DNA of 64,000 nucleotides from the human T2T-CHM13v2.0 reference genome, Homo sapiens, in NCBI RefSeq assembly GCF_009914755.1, contig NC_060933.1. One strand, given 5' to 3'. The notes beneath the pieces are model-generated. The model was not told the DNA's origin and did not search any database. It worked only from the letters and a program-made list of their open reading frames with translations. Shown piece by piece: positions 44,300-60,459 of the stretch. A program made the position numbers and the translations under genes. Positions within the stretch are counted from its first letter, which is position 1. Every line of letters starts with the position of its first letter.

Positions 44300-45350
44300 A
44301 ATTAACCCGAATAGAATGGAATGGAATGGAATGGAATGGAACGGAATGGAATGGAATGGAATGGAATTGAATGGAATGGAACGGAACGGAATGGAATGGA
44401 ATGGAATGGAATGGAATGGAATCAACGCGAGTGCAGGGTAATGGAATGGAATGGAATGCAATGGTATGGAATCTTCCGGAATGGAATGGAATGGAATGGA
44501 ATGGAATGGAATGAAATGCAATGGATTCAACTCTATTGCAATGGAATGGAATAGAATTGAATGGAATGGAATTGAATGGAATTAATTCGAATAGAATGGA
44601 ACGGAATGGAATGGAACGGAATGCAACGGAATGGAATGGAATGGAATGGAATGGAATGGTATGGAATGGAGTGGAATGGTACGGAATAGAATGGAATGGA
44701 ACGAATTGTAAAGGAATGGAATTGAATGGAATGGAATGGAATGGAATGGAATCAACGCGAGTGCAGGGGAATGTAATGGAACGGAATGCAATGGAATGGA
44801 ATCATCCGGAATGGAATGGAATGGAATGGAATTAACCCGAATAGAATGGAATGGAATGGAATGGAATGGAACGGAACGGAATGGAATGGAATGGAATTGA
44901 ATGGAATGGAACGGAACGGAATGGAATGGAATGGAATGGAATGGAATGGAATCAACGCGAGTGCAGGGGAATGGAATGGAATGGAATGCAATGGTATGGA
45001 ATCTTCCGGAATAGAATGGAATGGAATGGAATGGAATGGAATGGAATGAAATGCAATGGATTCAACTCGATTGCAATGGAATGGAATAGAATTGAATGGA
45101 ATGCAATGGAATGGAATTAATTCGAATAGAATGGAATGGAATGGAATGGAACGGAATGCAACGGAATGGAATGGAATGGAATGGAATGGAATGGTATGGA
45201 ATGGAATGGAATGGTACGGAATAGAATGGAATGGAACGAATTGTAATGGAATGGAATTGAATGGAATGGAATGGAATGGAATGGAATCAACGCGAGTGCA
45301 GGGGAATGTAATGGAACGGAATGCAATGGAATGGAATCATCCGGAATGGA
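44300..45350 (+). repeat. ~530-535 bp tandem duplication
   Basis: ATGGTATGGAATCTTCC at 44461/44991, ATAGAATTGA at 44551/45086, ATTAATTCGA at 44581/45116. Confidence 0.88.
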
Positions 45351-48300
45351 ATGGAATGGAATGGAATGGAATGGAATGGAATGGAATCAACCCGAGTGCA
45401 ATGGAATGGAATGGAATGGAATGGAATGGAATGGAATGGAACAACCCGAATGGAATTGAATGTAATGGAGAGTAAGGGAGTTGAATAGAATCAATCCAAA
45501 TGTAATGGAATGGAATGCAACGGAATGGAATGGAATGGAATGGAATGGAATGGAATGCAATGGAATAGAATCAACCCGAGTACAATGGAATGGAATGGAA
45601 TGGAATGGAATGGAATGGAATGGAATGGAATGGAATGATACGGAATAGAATGGAATGGAACGAAATGGAATGGAATGGAATGGAATGGAATGGAATGGAA
45701 TGGAATGGAATGGAATCGTTCTGAGTGGAATAGGAGGGAATGTATTCGAGTGGAATGGAAAGGAATGGAAGCAACCAGAGTGGAATGGAAGGGATTGGAA
45801 TGGAATGGAAACTAATAGAATGGAATCAACCCGAGAGGAATGGAATGGAAAGGACTGGAATGGAATGGAATGGAATGGAATCAACTCGATTGAAATGGAC
45901 TGGAATGGAATGGAATGGAATGGAATGGAATGGAATGGAATTAACCCGAATACAATGCAATGGAATGGAATGGCACGGAATGGAGTGGAATCGAATGGAA
46001 TCAACCCGAGTGCAGGGGAATGGAATGGAATGGAATGCAATGGAATGGAATCATCCGGAATGGAATGGAATGGAATGGAATGCAAAGCAATGGAATCAAC
46101 TCGATTGCAATGGAATGGAATGGAATGGAAAGGAATACATTGGAATCAACCCGAGTGGAATGGAATGGAAAGGAGTGGAATGGAGTGGAATGGAATGGAA
46201 TGGAATGGAATGGAATCAACTCGATTTTAATGGAATGGAATGGAATGGAATGGAATGGAATGGAATGGAATGGAATGGAATGGAATTAATCCGAATAGAA
46301 TGGAATGGAATGGAATGGAACGGAACGGAATGGAATGGAATGGAATGGAATGGAATGGAATGGAATGGAAACAACCCGACTGCAGGGGAATGGAATGGAA
46401 TGGAATGCAATGGAATGGATTCAACTTGAATGGAATGGAAAGAATGGAATCAACACGAGTGGAATGGCATGGATTGGAATGGAATGGAATGGAATCAACC
46501 CGAGTACAGGGGAATGGAATGGAATGGAATGCAATGGAATGGAATCATCCGAAATGGAATGGAAAGGAATGGAATGGAATTGAATGGAATGGAATGGAAT
46601 CAACTCGATTGCAATCGAATGGAATGGAATGGAATTAACCCGAATAGAATGGAATGGAATGGAATGGAACGGAACGGAACGGAATGGAATGGATTGGAAT
46701 GGAATGGAATGGAATGGAATGGAACGGAAAGGAATGGAATGGAATGGAATGGAATGGAAGGGAATGGAATGCAATGGAATGGAATCAACCCGAGTACAAT
46801 GGAATGGAATGGAATGGAATGGAATGGAATGGAATGGAATGATACGGAATTGAATGGAATGGAACGAAATGGAATGGAATGGAATGGAATGGAATGGAAT
46901 GGAATGGAATGGAATCGTTCCGAGTGGAATAGGAGGGAATGTATTCGAGTGGAATGGAAAGGAATGGAATCAACCAGAGTGGAATGGAAGAGAATGGAAT
47001 GGAATGGAAACTAATAGAATGGAATCAACCCGAGAGGAATGGAATGGAAAGGACTGGAATGGAATGGAATGGAATGGAATCAACTCGATTGTAATGGAAT
47101 GGAATGGAATGGAATGGAATTAACCCGAATACAATGGAATGGAATGGAATGGAACGGAATGGAGTGGAATGGAATGGAATCAACCCGAGTGCAGGGGAAT
47201 GGAATGGAATGGAATGCAATGGAATGGAATCATCCGGAATGGAATGGAATGGAATGGAATGCAAAGCAATGGAATCAACTCGATTACAATGGAATGGAAT
47301 GGAATGGAACGGAACGGAACGGAATGGAATGGATGGGAATGGAATGGAATGGAATGGAATGGAACGGAAAGGAATGGAATGGAATGGAATGGAATGGAAT
47401 GGAATGGAATCAACGCGAGTGCAGGGGAATGGAATGGAATGGAATGCAATGGAATGGAATCTTCCGGAATGGAATGGAATGGAATGGAATGGAATGGAAT
47501 GGAACAACCCGAATGGAATGGAATGTAATGGAGAGTAAGGGAGTTGAATAGAATAAATCCGAATGTAATGGAATAGAATGGAACAGAATGGAATTGAATG
47601 GAATGGAATGGAATGCAATGGAATGGAATCAACCCGAGTTCAATGGAATAGAGAGGAATGGAATGGAATGGAATGGAATCTACCCGAATGGAAGGTAATG
47701 TAATGGAGTGTTAGGGAATTGAATAGAATCAATCCGAATGTAATGGAATGGAATGGAACGGAATGGAATGGAATGGAATGGAATGGAATGGAATGCAATG
47801 GAATGGAATAAACCCGAGTGCAATCGAATGGAATCGAACGGAATGGAATGCAATGGAATGGATTCAACTTGAATGGAATGGAAAGAATGGAATCAACAAG
47901 AGTGGAATGGCATGGATTGGAATGGAATGGAATGGAATCAACCTGAGTACAGGGGAATGGAATGGAATGGAATGCAATGGAATGGAATCATCCGTAATGG
48001 AATGGAAAGGAATGGAATGGAATGGAATGGAATGGAATGGAATGGAATGGAATGGAATCAACTCGATTGCAATCGAATGGAATGGAATGGAATTAACCCG
48101 AATAGAATGGAATGGAATGGAATGCAACGGAACGGAATGGAATGGAATGGAATGGAACGGAAAGGAAAGGAATGGAATGGAATGGAATGGAATGGAATGG
48201 AATGGAATGGAACGGAAAGGAAGGGAATGGAATGGAATGGAATGGAATGGAATGGAATCAACGCGAGTGCAGGGGAATAGAATGGAATGGAATGCAATGG

Positions 48301-51300
48301 AATGGAATCTTCCGGAATGGAATGGAATGGAATGGAATGGAATGGAATCAACCCGAGTGCAATGGAATGGAGTGGAATGGAATGGAATGGAATGGAACAA
48401 CCCGAATGGAATGGAATGTAATGGAGAGTAAGGGAGTTGAATAGAATCAATCCGAATATAATGGAATGGAATGCAACGGAATGGAATGGAATGGAATGGA
48501 ATGGAATGGAATGCAATGCCATGGAATCAACCCGAGTGCAATAGAATGGATTCGAATGGAATGGAATGCAATGGAATGGATTCAACTTGAATGGAATGGA
48601 AAGAATGGAATCAACACGAGTGGAATGGCATGGATTGGAATGGAATGGAATGGGATCAACCCGAGTACAGGGGAATGGAATGGAATGGAATGCAATGGAA
48701 TGGAATCATCCGTAATGGAATGGAAAGGAATGGAATGGAATGGAATGGAATGGAATGGAATGGAATGGAATAGAATCAACTCGATTGCAATCGAATGGAA
48801 TGGAATGGAATTAACCCGAATAGAATGGAATGGAATGGAATGGAATGCAACGGAACGGAATGGAATGGAATGGAATGGAATGGAATGGAACCGAACGGAA
48901 CGGAATGGAATGGAATGGAATGGAATGGAATGGAATCAACGCGAGTGCAGGGGAATGGAATGGAATGGAATGCAATGGAATGGAATCTTCCGGAATGGAA
49001 TGGAATGGAATGGAATGGAATGAAATGCAATGGATTCAACTCGATTGCAATGGAATGGAATAGAATGGAATGGAATGGAATGGAATGGAATTAATCCGAA
49101 TAGAATGGAATGGAATGGAATGGAATGGAATGGAACGGAATGGAATGGAATGGAATGGAATGGAATGGAATGGAATGGTATGGAATGGAATGGAATGGTA
49201 CGGAATAGAATGGAATGGAACGAATTGTAATGGAATGGAATTGAATGGAATGGAACGGAATGGAATGGAATTGCATCAACGCGAGTGCAGGGGAATGTAA
49301 TGGAACGGAATGCAATGGAATGGAATCATCCGGAATGGAATGGAATGGAATGGAATGGAATGGAATGGAATGGAATGGAATCAACCCGAGTGCAATGGAA
49401 TGTAATGGAGAGTAACGGAGTTGAATAGAATCAATCCGAATGTAATGGAATGGAATGCAACGGAATGGAATGGAATGGAAAGGAATGGAATGGAATGCAA
49501 TGGAATTGAATCAACCCGAGTACAATGGAATGGAATGGAATGGAATGGAATGGAATGGAATCGAATGGAATGATACGGAATAGAATGGAAAGGAACGAAA
49601 TGGAATGGAATGGAATGGAATGGAATTAATTCGAATAGAATGGAATGGAATGGAATGGAACGGAATGGAACGGAATGGAATGGAATGGAATGGAATGGAA
49701 TGGAATGGTATGTAATGGTATGTAATGGAATGGAATGGTACGGAATACAATGGAATGGAACGAATTGTAATGGAATGGAATTGAATGGAATGGAATGGAA
49801 TCAACGCGAGTGCAGGGGAATGTAATGGAACGGAATGCAATGGAATGGAATCATCCGGAATGGAATGGAATGGAATGGAATGGAATGGAATGGAATGGAA
49901 TCAACCCGAGTGCAATGGAATGGAGTGGAATGGAACGGAATGGAATGGAACAACCCGAATGGAATGGAATGTAATGGAGAGTAAGGGAGTTGAATAGAAT
50001 CAATCCAAATGTAATGGAATGGAATGCAACGGAATGGAATGGAATGGAAGGGAATGGAATGCAATGGAATGGAATCAACCCGAGTACAATGGAATGGAAT
50101 GGAATGGAATGGAATGGAATGATACGGAATAGAATGGAATGGAACGAAATGGAATGGAATGGAATGGAATGGAATGGAATGGAATGGAATCGTTCCGAGT
50201 GGAATAGGAGGGAATGTATTCGAGTGGAATGGAAAGGAATGGAATCAACCAGAGTGGAATGGAAGAGAAGGGAATGGAATGCAAACTAATAGAATGGAAT
50301 CAACCCGAGAGGAATGGAATGGAAAGGACTGGAATGGAATGGAATGGAATGGAATCAACTCGATTGTAATGGAATGGAATGGAATCGAATGGAATGGAAT
50401 GGAATGGAATGGAATTAACCCGAATACAATGGAATGGAATGGAATGGAACGGAATGGAGTGGAATGGAATGGAATCAACCGGAGTGCAGGGGAATGGAAT
50501 TGAATGGAATGCAATGGAATGGAATCATCCGGAATGGAATGGAATGGAATGGAATGCAAAGCAATGGAATCAACTCGATTGCAATGGAATGGAATGGAAT
50601 GGAAAGGAATACATTGGAATCAACCCGAGTGGAATGGAATGGAAAGGACTGGAATGGAGTGGAATGGAATGGAATGGAATGGAATGGAATCAACTCGATT
50701 GGAATGGAATGTAATGGAATGGAATAGAATGGAATGGAATGAACCCGAATAGAATGGAATGGAATGGAATGGAACGGAACGGAATGGAATGGAATGGAAT
50801 GGAATGGAATGGAATGGAATGGAATGGAAACAACCCGACTGCAGGGGAATGGAATGGAATGGAATGCAATGGAATGGATTCAACTTGCATGGAATTTAAA
50901 GAATGGAATAAACACGAGTGGAATGGCATGGATTGGAATGGAATGGAATGGAATCAACCCGAGTACAGGGGAATGGAATGGAATGGAATGCAATGGAATG
51001 GAATCATCCGTAATGGAATGGAAAGGAATGTAATGTAATGGAATGGAATGGAATGGAATGGAATGGAATGGAATGGAATGGAATCAACTCGATTGCAATC
51101 GAATGGAATGGAATGGAATTAACCTGAATAGAATGGAATGGAATGGAATGGAACGGAACGGAATGGAATGGAATGGAATGGAATGGAATGGAATGGAATG
51201 GAATGGAATCAACGCGAGTGCAGGGGAATGGAATGGAATGGAATGCAATGGAATGGAATCTTCCGGAATGCAATGGAATGGAATGGAATGGAATGAAATG

Positions 51301-54300
51301 CAATGGATTCAACTCGATTGCAATGGAATGGAATAGAATGGAATGGAATGGAATGGAATGGAATGGAATGGAATGAATTCGAATAGAATGGAATGGAATG
51401 GAATGGAACGGAATGGAACGGAATAGAATGGAATGGAATGGAATGGAATGGAATGGAATGGTATGGAATAGAATGGAATGGTACGGAATAGAATGGAATG
51501 GAACGATTTGTAATGGAATGGAATTGAATGGAATGGAATGGAATCAACGCGAGTGCAGGGGAATGTAATAGAACGGAATGCAATGGAATGGAATCATCCG
51601 GAATGGAATGGAATGGAATGGAATGGAATGGAATGGAATCAACCCGAGTGCAATGGAATGGAGTGGAATGGAATGGAATGGAATGGAACAACCCGAATGG
51701 AATGGAATGTAATGGAGTGTAAGGGAATTGAATAGAATCAATCCGAATGTAATGGAATGGAATGGAACCGAATGGAATGGAATGGAATGAAATGGAACGG
51801 AATGGAATGCAATGGAATGGAATCAACCCGAGTGCAATCGAATGGCATCGAATGGAATGGAATGCAATGGAATGGATTCAACTTGAATGGAATGGAAAGA
51901 ATGGAATCAACACGAGTGGAATGGCATGGATTGGAATGCAATGGAATGGAATCAACCCGAGTACAGGGGAATGGAATGGAATGGAATGCAATGGAATGGA
52001 ATCATCCGTAATGGAATGGAAAGGAATGGAATGGAATGGAATGGAATGGAATGGAATGGAATGGAATGGAATCAACACGATTGCAATCGAATGGAATGGA
52101 ATGGAATTAACCCGAATAGAATGGAATGGAATGGAATGGAACGGAACCGAATGGAATGGAATGGAATGGAATGGAATGGAATGGAACGGAACGGAATGGA
52201 ATGGAATGGAATGGAATGGAATGGAATGGAATCAACGCGAGTGAAGGGGAATGGAATGGAATGGAATGCAATGGAATGGAATCTTCCGGAATGGAATGGA
52301 ATGGAATGGAATGGAATGGAATGAAATGCAATGGATTCAACTTGATTGCAATGGAATGTAATAGAATGGGATGGAATGGAATGGAATGGAATTAACCCGA
52401 ATAGAATGGAAAGGAATGGATTGGCACGGAATTGAACGGAATGGAATGGAATGGAATGGAATGGAATGGAATGGTATGGAGTGGTACGGAATAGAATGGA
52501 ATGGAACGAATTGTAATGGAATGGAATTGAATGGAATGGAATGGAATGGAATGGAATCAACGCGAGTGCAGGGGAATGTAATGGAACGGAATGCAATGGA
52601 ATGGAATCATCCGGAATGGAATGGAATGGAATGCAATGGAATGGAATCAACCCGAGTGCAATGGAATGGAGTGGAATGGAATGGAATGGAATGGAATAAA
52701 CCGAATGGAATGGAATGTAATGGAGAGTAAGGGAGTTGAATAGAATCAATCCGAATGTAATGGAATGGAATGCAACGGAATGGAATGGAATGGAATGCAA
52801 TGGAATGGAATGGAATGGAATGCAAAGGAATGGAATCAACCCGAGTAGAATGGCATAGAATGGAATGCAATGGATTGGAATGGAATGGAATCAACTCGAG
52901 TGGAAAGGAATGGAATGGAATGGAAAGGAATGGAATGAAGTCAACTCGAGTGGAATGGAATCGAATGGAACGGATTGGAATGGATTGCAATGGAATGAAA
53001 TGGAATGGAATGGAATGGAATCAATCATTTCGAGTTGAATGGAAGGGAATGTAATGGAGTGGAAAGAAGGGAATGGAATCAACCCGAGTGGAATGCAAGG
53101 CAATGGAATGGAATGGAAAGGAATGGAATGGAAACAACTCGATTGCAATGGAATGGAATGGAATGGAATGGAATTAACCGGAATAGAATGGAATGGAATG
53201 GAATGGAACGGAATGGAATGGAATGGAATGGAATGGAATCAACACGAGTGCAGGGGAATGGAATGGAATGGAATGCAATGGAATGGAATCATCCGGAATG
53301 GAATGGAATGGAATGGAATCAACTCCATTGCAATGGAATGGTATGGAGTGGAATGGAATAGAATGGAATTGAATTAACCCGAATAGAATGGAATGCAATA
53401 GAATGGAATGCAACGGAACCGAATAGAGGGGAATGGAATGGAATGGAATCAACCCGAGTACAGGGGAATGGAATGGAATGGAATGCAATGGAATGGAGTC
53501 ATCCGTAATGGAATGGAAAGGAATGAAATGGAATGGAATGGACTGGAATGGAATGGAATGGAATGGAATCAACGCGAGTGCAGGGGAATGGAATGGAATG
53601 GAATGCAATGGAATGGAATCTTCCGTAATGGAATGGAAAGGAATGGAATGGAATGGAATGGAATGGAATGGAATGGAATGGAATGGAATCAACTCGATTG
53701 CAATCGAATGGAATGGAATGGAATTAACCCGAATAGAATGGAATGGAATGGAATGGAACGGAACGGAACGGAACGGAACGGAATGGAATGGAATGGAATG
53801 GAATGGAACGGAAAGGAATGGAATGGAATGGAATAGAATGGAATAGAATGGAATCAACGCGAGTGCAGGGGAATGGAATGGAATGGAATGCAATGGAACG
53901 GAATCTTCCGGAATGGAATGGAATGGAATGGAATGGAATGGAACAAACCTGAGTGCAATGGAATGGAGTGGAATGGAATGGAATGGAATGGAACAACCCG
54001 AATGGAATGGAATATAATGGAGAGTAAGGGAGTTGAATAGAATCAATCCGAATGTAATGGAATGGAATGGAACGGAATGGAATTGAATGGAATGGAATGG
54101 AATGGAATGGAATGGAATCAACACGATTGCAATCGAATGGAATGGAATGGAATTAACACGAATAGAATGGAATGCAATGGAATGGAACGGAACAGAATGG
54201 AATGGAATGGAATGGAATGGAATGGAATGGAATGGAATGGAACGGAACTGAATGGAATGGAATGGAATGGAATGGAATGGAATGGAATGGAATGGAAAGG

Positions 54301-57300
54301 AATGGAATCAACGCGAGTGCAGGGGAATGGAATGTAATGGAATGCATTGGAATGGAATCTTCCGGAATGGAATGGAATGTAATGGAATCAACCCGAGTGC
54401 AATGGAATGGAGTGGAATGGAATGGAATGGAATGGAACAACCCGAATGGAATCGAATGTAATGGAGAGTAAGGGAGTTGAATAGAATCAATCCGAATGTA
54501 ATGGAATGGAATGGAACGGAATGGAATGGAATGGAATGGAATGGAATGGAATGGAATGCAATGGAATGGAATCATCCGTAATGGAATGGAAAGGAATGGA
54601 ATGGAATGGAATGGAATGGAATGGAATGGAATGGAATCAACTCGATTGCAATCCAATGGAATGGAATGGAATTAACCCGAATAGAATGGAATGGAATGGA
54701 ATGGAACGGAACGGAACGGAACGGCAGGGATTGGAATGGAATGGAATGGAATGGAATGGAACGGAAAGGAATGGAATGGAATGGAATGGAATGGAATGGA
54801 ATGGAATGGAATGGAATCAACGAGAGTGCAGGGGAATGGAATGGAATGGAATGCAATGGAATGGAATCTTCCGGAATGGAATGGAATGGAATGGAATGGA
54901 ATGGAATGGAATGGAATGGAATAAACCCGAGTGCAATGGAATGGAGTGGAATGGAATGGAATGGAATGGAACAACCCGAGTGGAATAGAATGTAATGGAG
55001 AGTAAGGGAGTTGAATAGAATCAATCCGAATGTAATGGAATGGAATGGAACGGAATGGAATTGAATGGAATGGAATGGAATGCAATGGAATGGAATCAAC
55101 CCGAGTGCAATGGAATGGAGAGGAATGGAATGGAATGGAATGGAAACTACCCGAATGGAATGGAATGTAATGGAGTGTAAGGGAATTGAATAGAATCAAT
55201 CCGAATGTAATGGAATGGAATGGAACGGAATGGGATGGAATGGAATGGAATGGAATGGAATGCAATGGAATGGAATCAACCCGAGTGCAATCGAATGGAA
55301 TCGAATGGAATGGAATGCAATGGAATGGATTCAACTTGAATGGAATGGAAAGAATGGAATCAACACGAGTGGAATGGCATGGATTGGAATGGAATGGAAT
55401 GGAATCATCCCGAGTACAGGGGAATGGAATGGAATGGAATGCAATGGAATGGAATCATCCGGAAGGGAATGGAAAGGAATGGAATGGAATGGAATGGAAT
55501 GGAATGGAATGGAATGGAATGGAATCAACTCGATTGCAATCGAATGGAATGGAATGGAATTAACCCGAATAGAATGGAATGGAATGGAATGGAACGGAAA
55601 GGAATGGAATGGAATGGAATGGAATGGAACGGAATGGAACGGAATGGATGGAATGGAATGGAATGGAATGGAACGGAATCAACGCGAGTGCAGGGGAATG
55701 GAATGGAATGGAATGCAATGGAATGGAATCTTCCGGAATGGAATGGAATGGAATGGAATGGAATGAAATCTAATGGATTCAACTCGAATGCAATGGAATG
55801 GAATGGAATGGAATGGAATGGAATGGAATGGAATGGAATGGAATTAACCCGAATAGAATGGAATGGAATGGAATGGAATGGAATGGAACGGAATGGAATG
55901 GAATGGAATGGAATGGAATGGAATGGTATGGAATGGAATGGAATGGTACGGAATAGAATGGAATGGAACGAATTGTAATGGAATGGAATTGAATGGAATG
56001 GAATGGAATGGAATGGAATCAACGCGAGTGCAGGGGAATGTAATGGAACGGAATGCAATGGAATGGAATCATCCGGAATGGAATGGAATGGAATGGAATG
56101 GAATGGAATGGAATCAACTCGAGTGCAATGGAATGGAGTGGAATGGAATGGAATGGAATGGAACAACCCGAAAGGAATGGAATGTAATGGAGAGTAAGGG
56201 AGTTGAATAGAATCAATCCGAATGTAATGGAATGGAATGCAACGGAATGGAGTGGAATGGAATGGAATGGAATGGAATGCAATGGAATGGAATCAACCCA
56301 AGTACAATGGAATGGAATGGAATGGAATGGAATGGAATGCCTTCAAACCGAATGGAATGGAAAGGAATGGAATCAACACGAGTGGAATGGAATGGAATGG
56401 AATGGAATGGAATGGAATGGAATGATACGGAATAGAATGGAATGGAACGAAATGGAATGGAATGGAATGGAATGGAATGGAATGGAATGGAATGGAATGG
56501 AATGGAATCGTTCCGAGTGGAATAGGAGGGAATGTATTCGAGTGGAATGGAAAGGAATGGAATCAACCAGAGTGGAATTGAAGGGAATGGAATGGAATGG
56601 AAACTAATAGAATGGAATCAACCCGAGTGGAATGGAATGGAAAAGACTGGAATGGAAAGGAATGGAATGGAATGGAATGGAATGGAATGGAATGGAATGG
56701 AATCAACGCGAGTGCAGGGGAATGGAATGGAATCGAATGGAATGGAATGGAATCATCAGCAATGGAATGGAATGGAATGGAACGGAACGGAATGGAATGG
56801 AATGGAATGGAATGGAATGGAATGAAATGCAATGGATTCAACTCGATTGCAATGGAATGGAATAGAATGGAATGGAATGGAATGGAAAGGAATTAATTCG
56901 AATAGAATGGAATGGAATGGAATGGAACGGAATGGAACGGAATGGAATGGAATGGAATGGTATGGAATGGAATGGAATGGTACGGAATAGAATGGAATGG
57001 AATGAATTGTAATGGAATGGAATTGAATGGAATGGAATGGAATCAACGCGACTGCAGGGGAATGTAATGGAACGGAATGCAATGGAATGGAATCATCCGG
57101 AATGGAATGGAATGGAATGGAATGGAATGGAATGGAATGGAATCAACCCGAGAGCAATGGAATGGAGTGGAATGGAATGGAATGGAATGGAACAACCCGA
57201 ATGGAATGGAATGTAATGGAGAGTAAGGGAGTTGAATAGAATCAATCTGAATGTAATGGAATGGAATGCAACGGAATGGAATGGAATGGAATGGAATGGA

Positions 57301-60300
57301 ATGCAATGGAATTGAATCAACCCGAGTACAATGGAATGGAATGGAATGGAATGGAATGGAATGGAATGGAATGATACGGAATAGAATGGAATGGAATGAA
57401 ATGGAATGGAATGGAATGGAATGGAATGGAATGGAATGGAATGGAATCGTTCCGAGTGGAATAGGAGGAAATGTTTTCGAGTGGAATGGAAAGGAATGGA
57501 ATCAACCAGAGTGGAATGGAAGGGAATGGAATGGAATGGAAACTAATAGAATAGAATCAACCCGAGAGGAATGGAATGGAAAGGACTGGAATGGAATGGA
57601 ATGGAATGGAATCAACTCGATTTTAATGGAATGGAATGGAATGGAATGGAATGGAATGGAATGGAATGGAATTAACCCGAATACAATGCAATGGAATGGA
57701 ATGGAATGGAATGGAGTGGAATGGAATGGAATCAACCCGAGTGCAGGGGAATGGAATGGAATGGAATGCAATGGAATGGAATCATCCGGAATGGAATGGA
57801 ATGGAATGGAATGCAAAGCAATGGAATCAACTCGATTGCAATGGAATGGAATGGAATGGAAAGGAATACATGGGAATCAACCCGAGTGGAATGGAATGGA
57901 AAGGACTGGAATGGAGTGGAATGGAATGGAATGGAATGGAATGGAATCAACTCGATTGGAATGGAATGGAATGGAATGGAATGGAATGGAATGGAATTAA
58001 CCCGAATAGAATGGAATGGAATGGAATGGAACGGAACGGAATGGAATGGAATGGAATGGAATGGAATGGAATGGAATGGAATGGAAACAACCCGACTGCA
58101 GGGGAATGGAATGGAATGGAATGCAATGGAATGGATTCAACTTGAATGGAATGGAAAGAATGGAATCAACACGAGTGGAATGGCATGGATTGGAATGGAA
58201 TGGAATGGAATCAACCCGAGTACAGGGGAATGGAATGGAATAGAATGCAATGGAAAGCAATCATCCGTAATGGAATGGAAAGGAATGGAATGGAATGGAA
58301 TGGAATGGAATGGAATGGAATCAACTCGATTGCAAGCAAATGCAATGGAATGGAATTAACCCGAATAGAATGGAATGGAATGGAATGGAACGGAACGGAA
58401 CGGAATGGAATGGATTGGAATGGAATGGAATGGAATGGAATGGAACGGAAAGAAATGGAATGGAATGGAATGGAATGGAATGGAATGGAATGGAATCAAC
58501 GCGAGTGCAGGGAAATGGAATGGAATGCAATGCAATGGAATGGAATCTTCCGGAATGGAATGGAATGGAATGGAATGGAATGAAATGGAATGGAATGGAA
58601 TAAACCCGAGTGCAATGGAATGGAGTGGAATGGAATGGAATGGAATGGAACAACCGGAATGGAATGGAATGTAATGGAGAGTAAGGGAGTTGAATAGAAT
58701 CAATCCGAATGTAATGGAATGGAATGGAACGGAATGGAATTGAATGGAATGGAATGGAATTCAATGGAATGGAATCAACCCGAGTTCAATGGAATGGAGA
58801 GGAATGGAATGGAACGGGATGGAAACTACCCGAATGGAATGGAATGTAATGGAGTGTAAGGGAATTGAATAGAATCAATCCGAATGTAATGGAATGGAAT
58901 GGAACGGAATGGAATGGAATGGAATGGAATGGAATGGAATGCAATGGAATGGAATCAACCCGAGTGCAATCGAATGGAATCGAATGGAATGGAATGCAAT
59001 GGAATGGATTCAACTTGAATGGAATGGAAAGAATGGAATCAACACGAGTGGAATGGCATGGATTGGAATGGAATGGAATGGAATCAACCCGAGTACAGGG
59101 GAATGGAATGGAATGGAATGCGATGGAATGGAATCATCCGTAATGGAATGGAAAGGAATGGAATAGAATGGAATAGAATGGAATGGAATGGAATGTAATG
59201 GAATGGAATCAACTCGATTGCAATCGAATGGAATGGAATGGAATTAACCCGAATAGAATGGAATGGAATGGAATGGAACGGAACGGAATGGAATGGAATG
59301 GAATGGAATGGAATGGAACGGAATGGAATGGAAAGGAATGGAATGGAATGGAACGGAACGGAATGGAATGGAATGGAATGGAATGGAATGGAATGGAATG
59401 GAATCAACGCGAGTGCAGGGTAATGGAATGGAATGGAATGCAATGGAATGGAATCTTCCGGAATGGAATGGAATGGAGTGGAATGAAATGCAATGGATTC
59501 AACTCGATTGCAATGGAATGGAATAGAATGGAATGGAATGGAATGGAATGGAATTAATCCGAATAGAATGGAATGGAATGGAATGGAACGGAATGGAACG
59601 GAATGGAATGGAATGGAATGGAATGGAATGGTATGGAATGGAATGGAATGGTAAGGAATAGAATGGAATGAAACGAATTGTAATGGAATGGAATTGAATG
59701 GAATGGAATGGAATGGAATCAACGCGAGTGCAGGGGAATGTAATGGAACGGAATGCAATGGAATGGAGTCATCCGGAATGGAATGGAATGGAATGGAATG
59801 GAATCAACCCGAGTGCAATGGAATGGAGTGGAATGGAATGGAATGGAATGGAACAACCCGAATGGAGTGGAATGTAATGGAGAGTAAGGGAGTTGAATAG
59901 AATCAATCCGTATGTAATGGAATGGAATGCAACGGAATGGAATGGAATGGAATGGAATGGAATGCAATGGAATTGAATCAACCCGAGTACAATGGAATGG
60001 AATGGAATGGAATGCAATGGAATGGAATGGAATGGAATGGAATGGAATGGAATCGTTCCGAGTGGAATAGGACGGAATGTATTCGAGTGGAATGGAAAGG
60101 AATGGTATCAACCAGAGTGGAAAGGAAGGGAATGGAATGGAATGGAAACTAATAGAATGGAATCAACCCGAGTGGAATGGAATGGAAAGGACTGGAATGG
60201 AATGGAATGGAATGGAATGGAATGGAATGGAATGGAATCAACTCGATTGTAATGGATTGGAATGGAATGGAATGGAATGGAATGGAATCAACTCGATTGT

Positions 60301-60459
60301 AATGGAATGGAATGGAATGGAATGGAATGGAATGGAATTAACCCGAATACAATGGAATGGAATGGAATGGAACAGAATGGAGTGGAATGGAATGGAATCA
60401 ACCCGAGTGCAGGGGAATGGAATGGAATGGAATGCAATGGAATGGAATCATCCGGAATG

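Noticed and set aside
2154-58770. EcoRI sites as a DYZ1-like ~3.5 kb regular period
   Set aside because: The sites (2154, 6293, 8150, ~17158, ~19591, ~21085, 23271, ~31015, ~51375, ~58757) are irregular and track local duplications.
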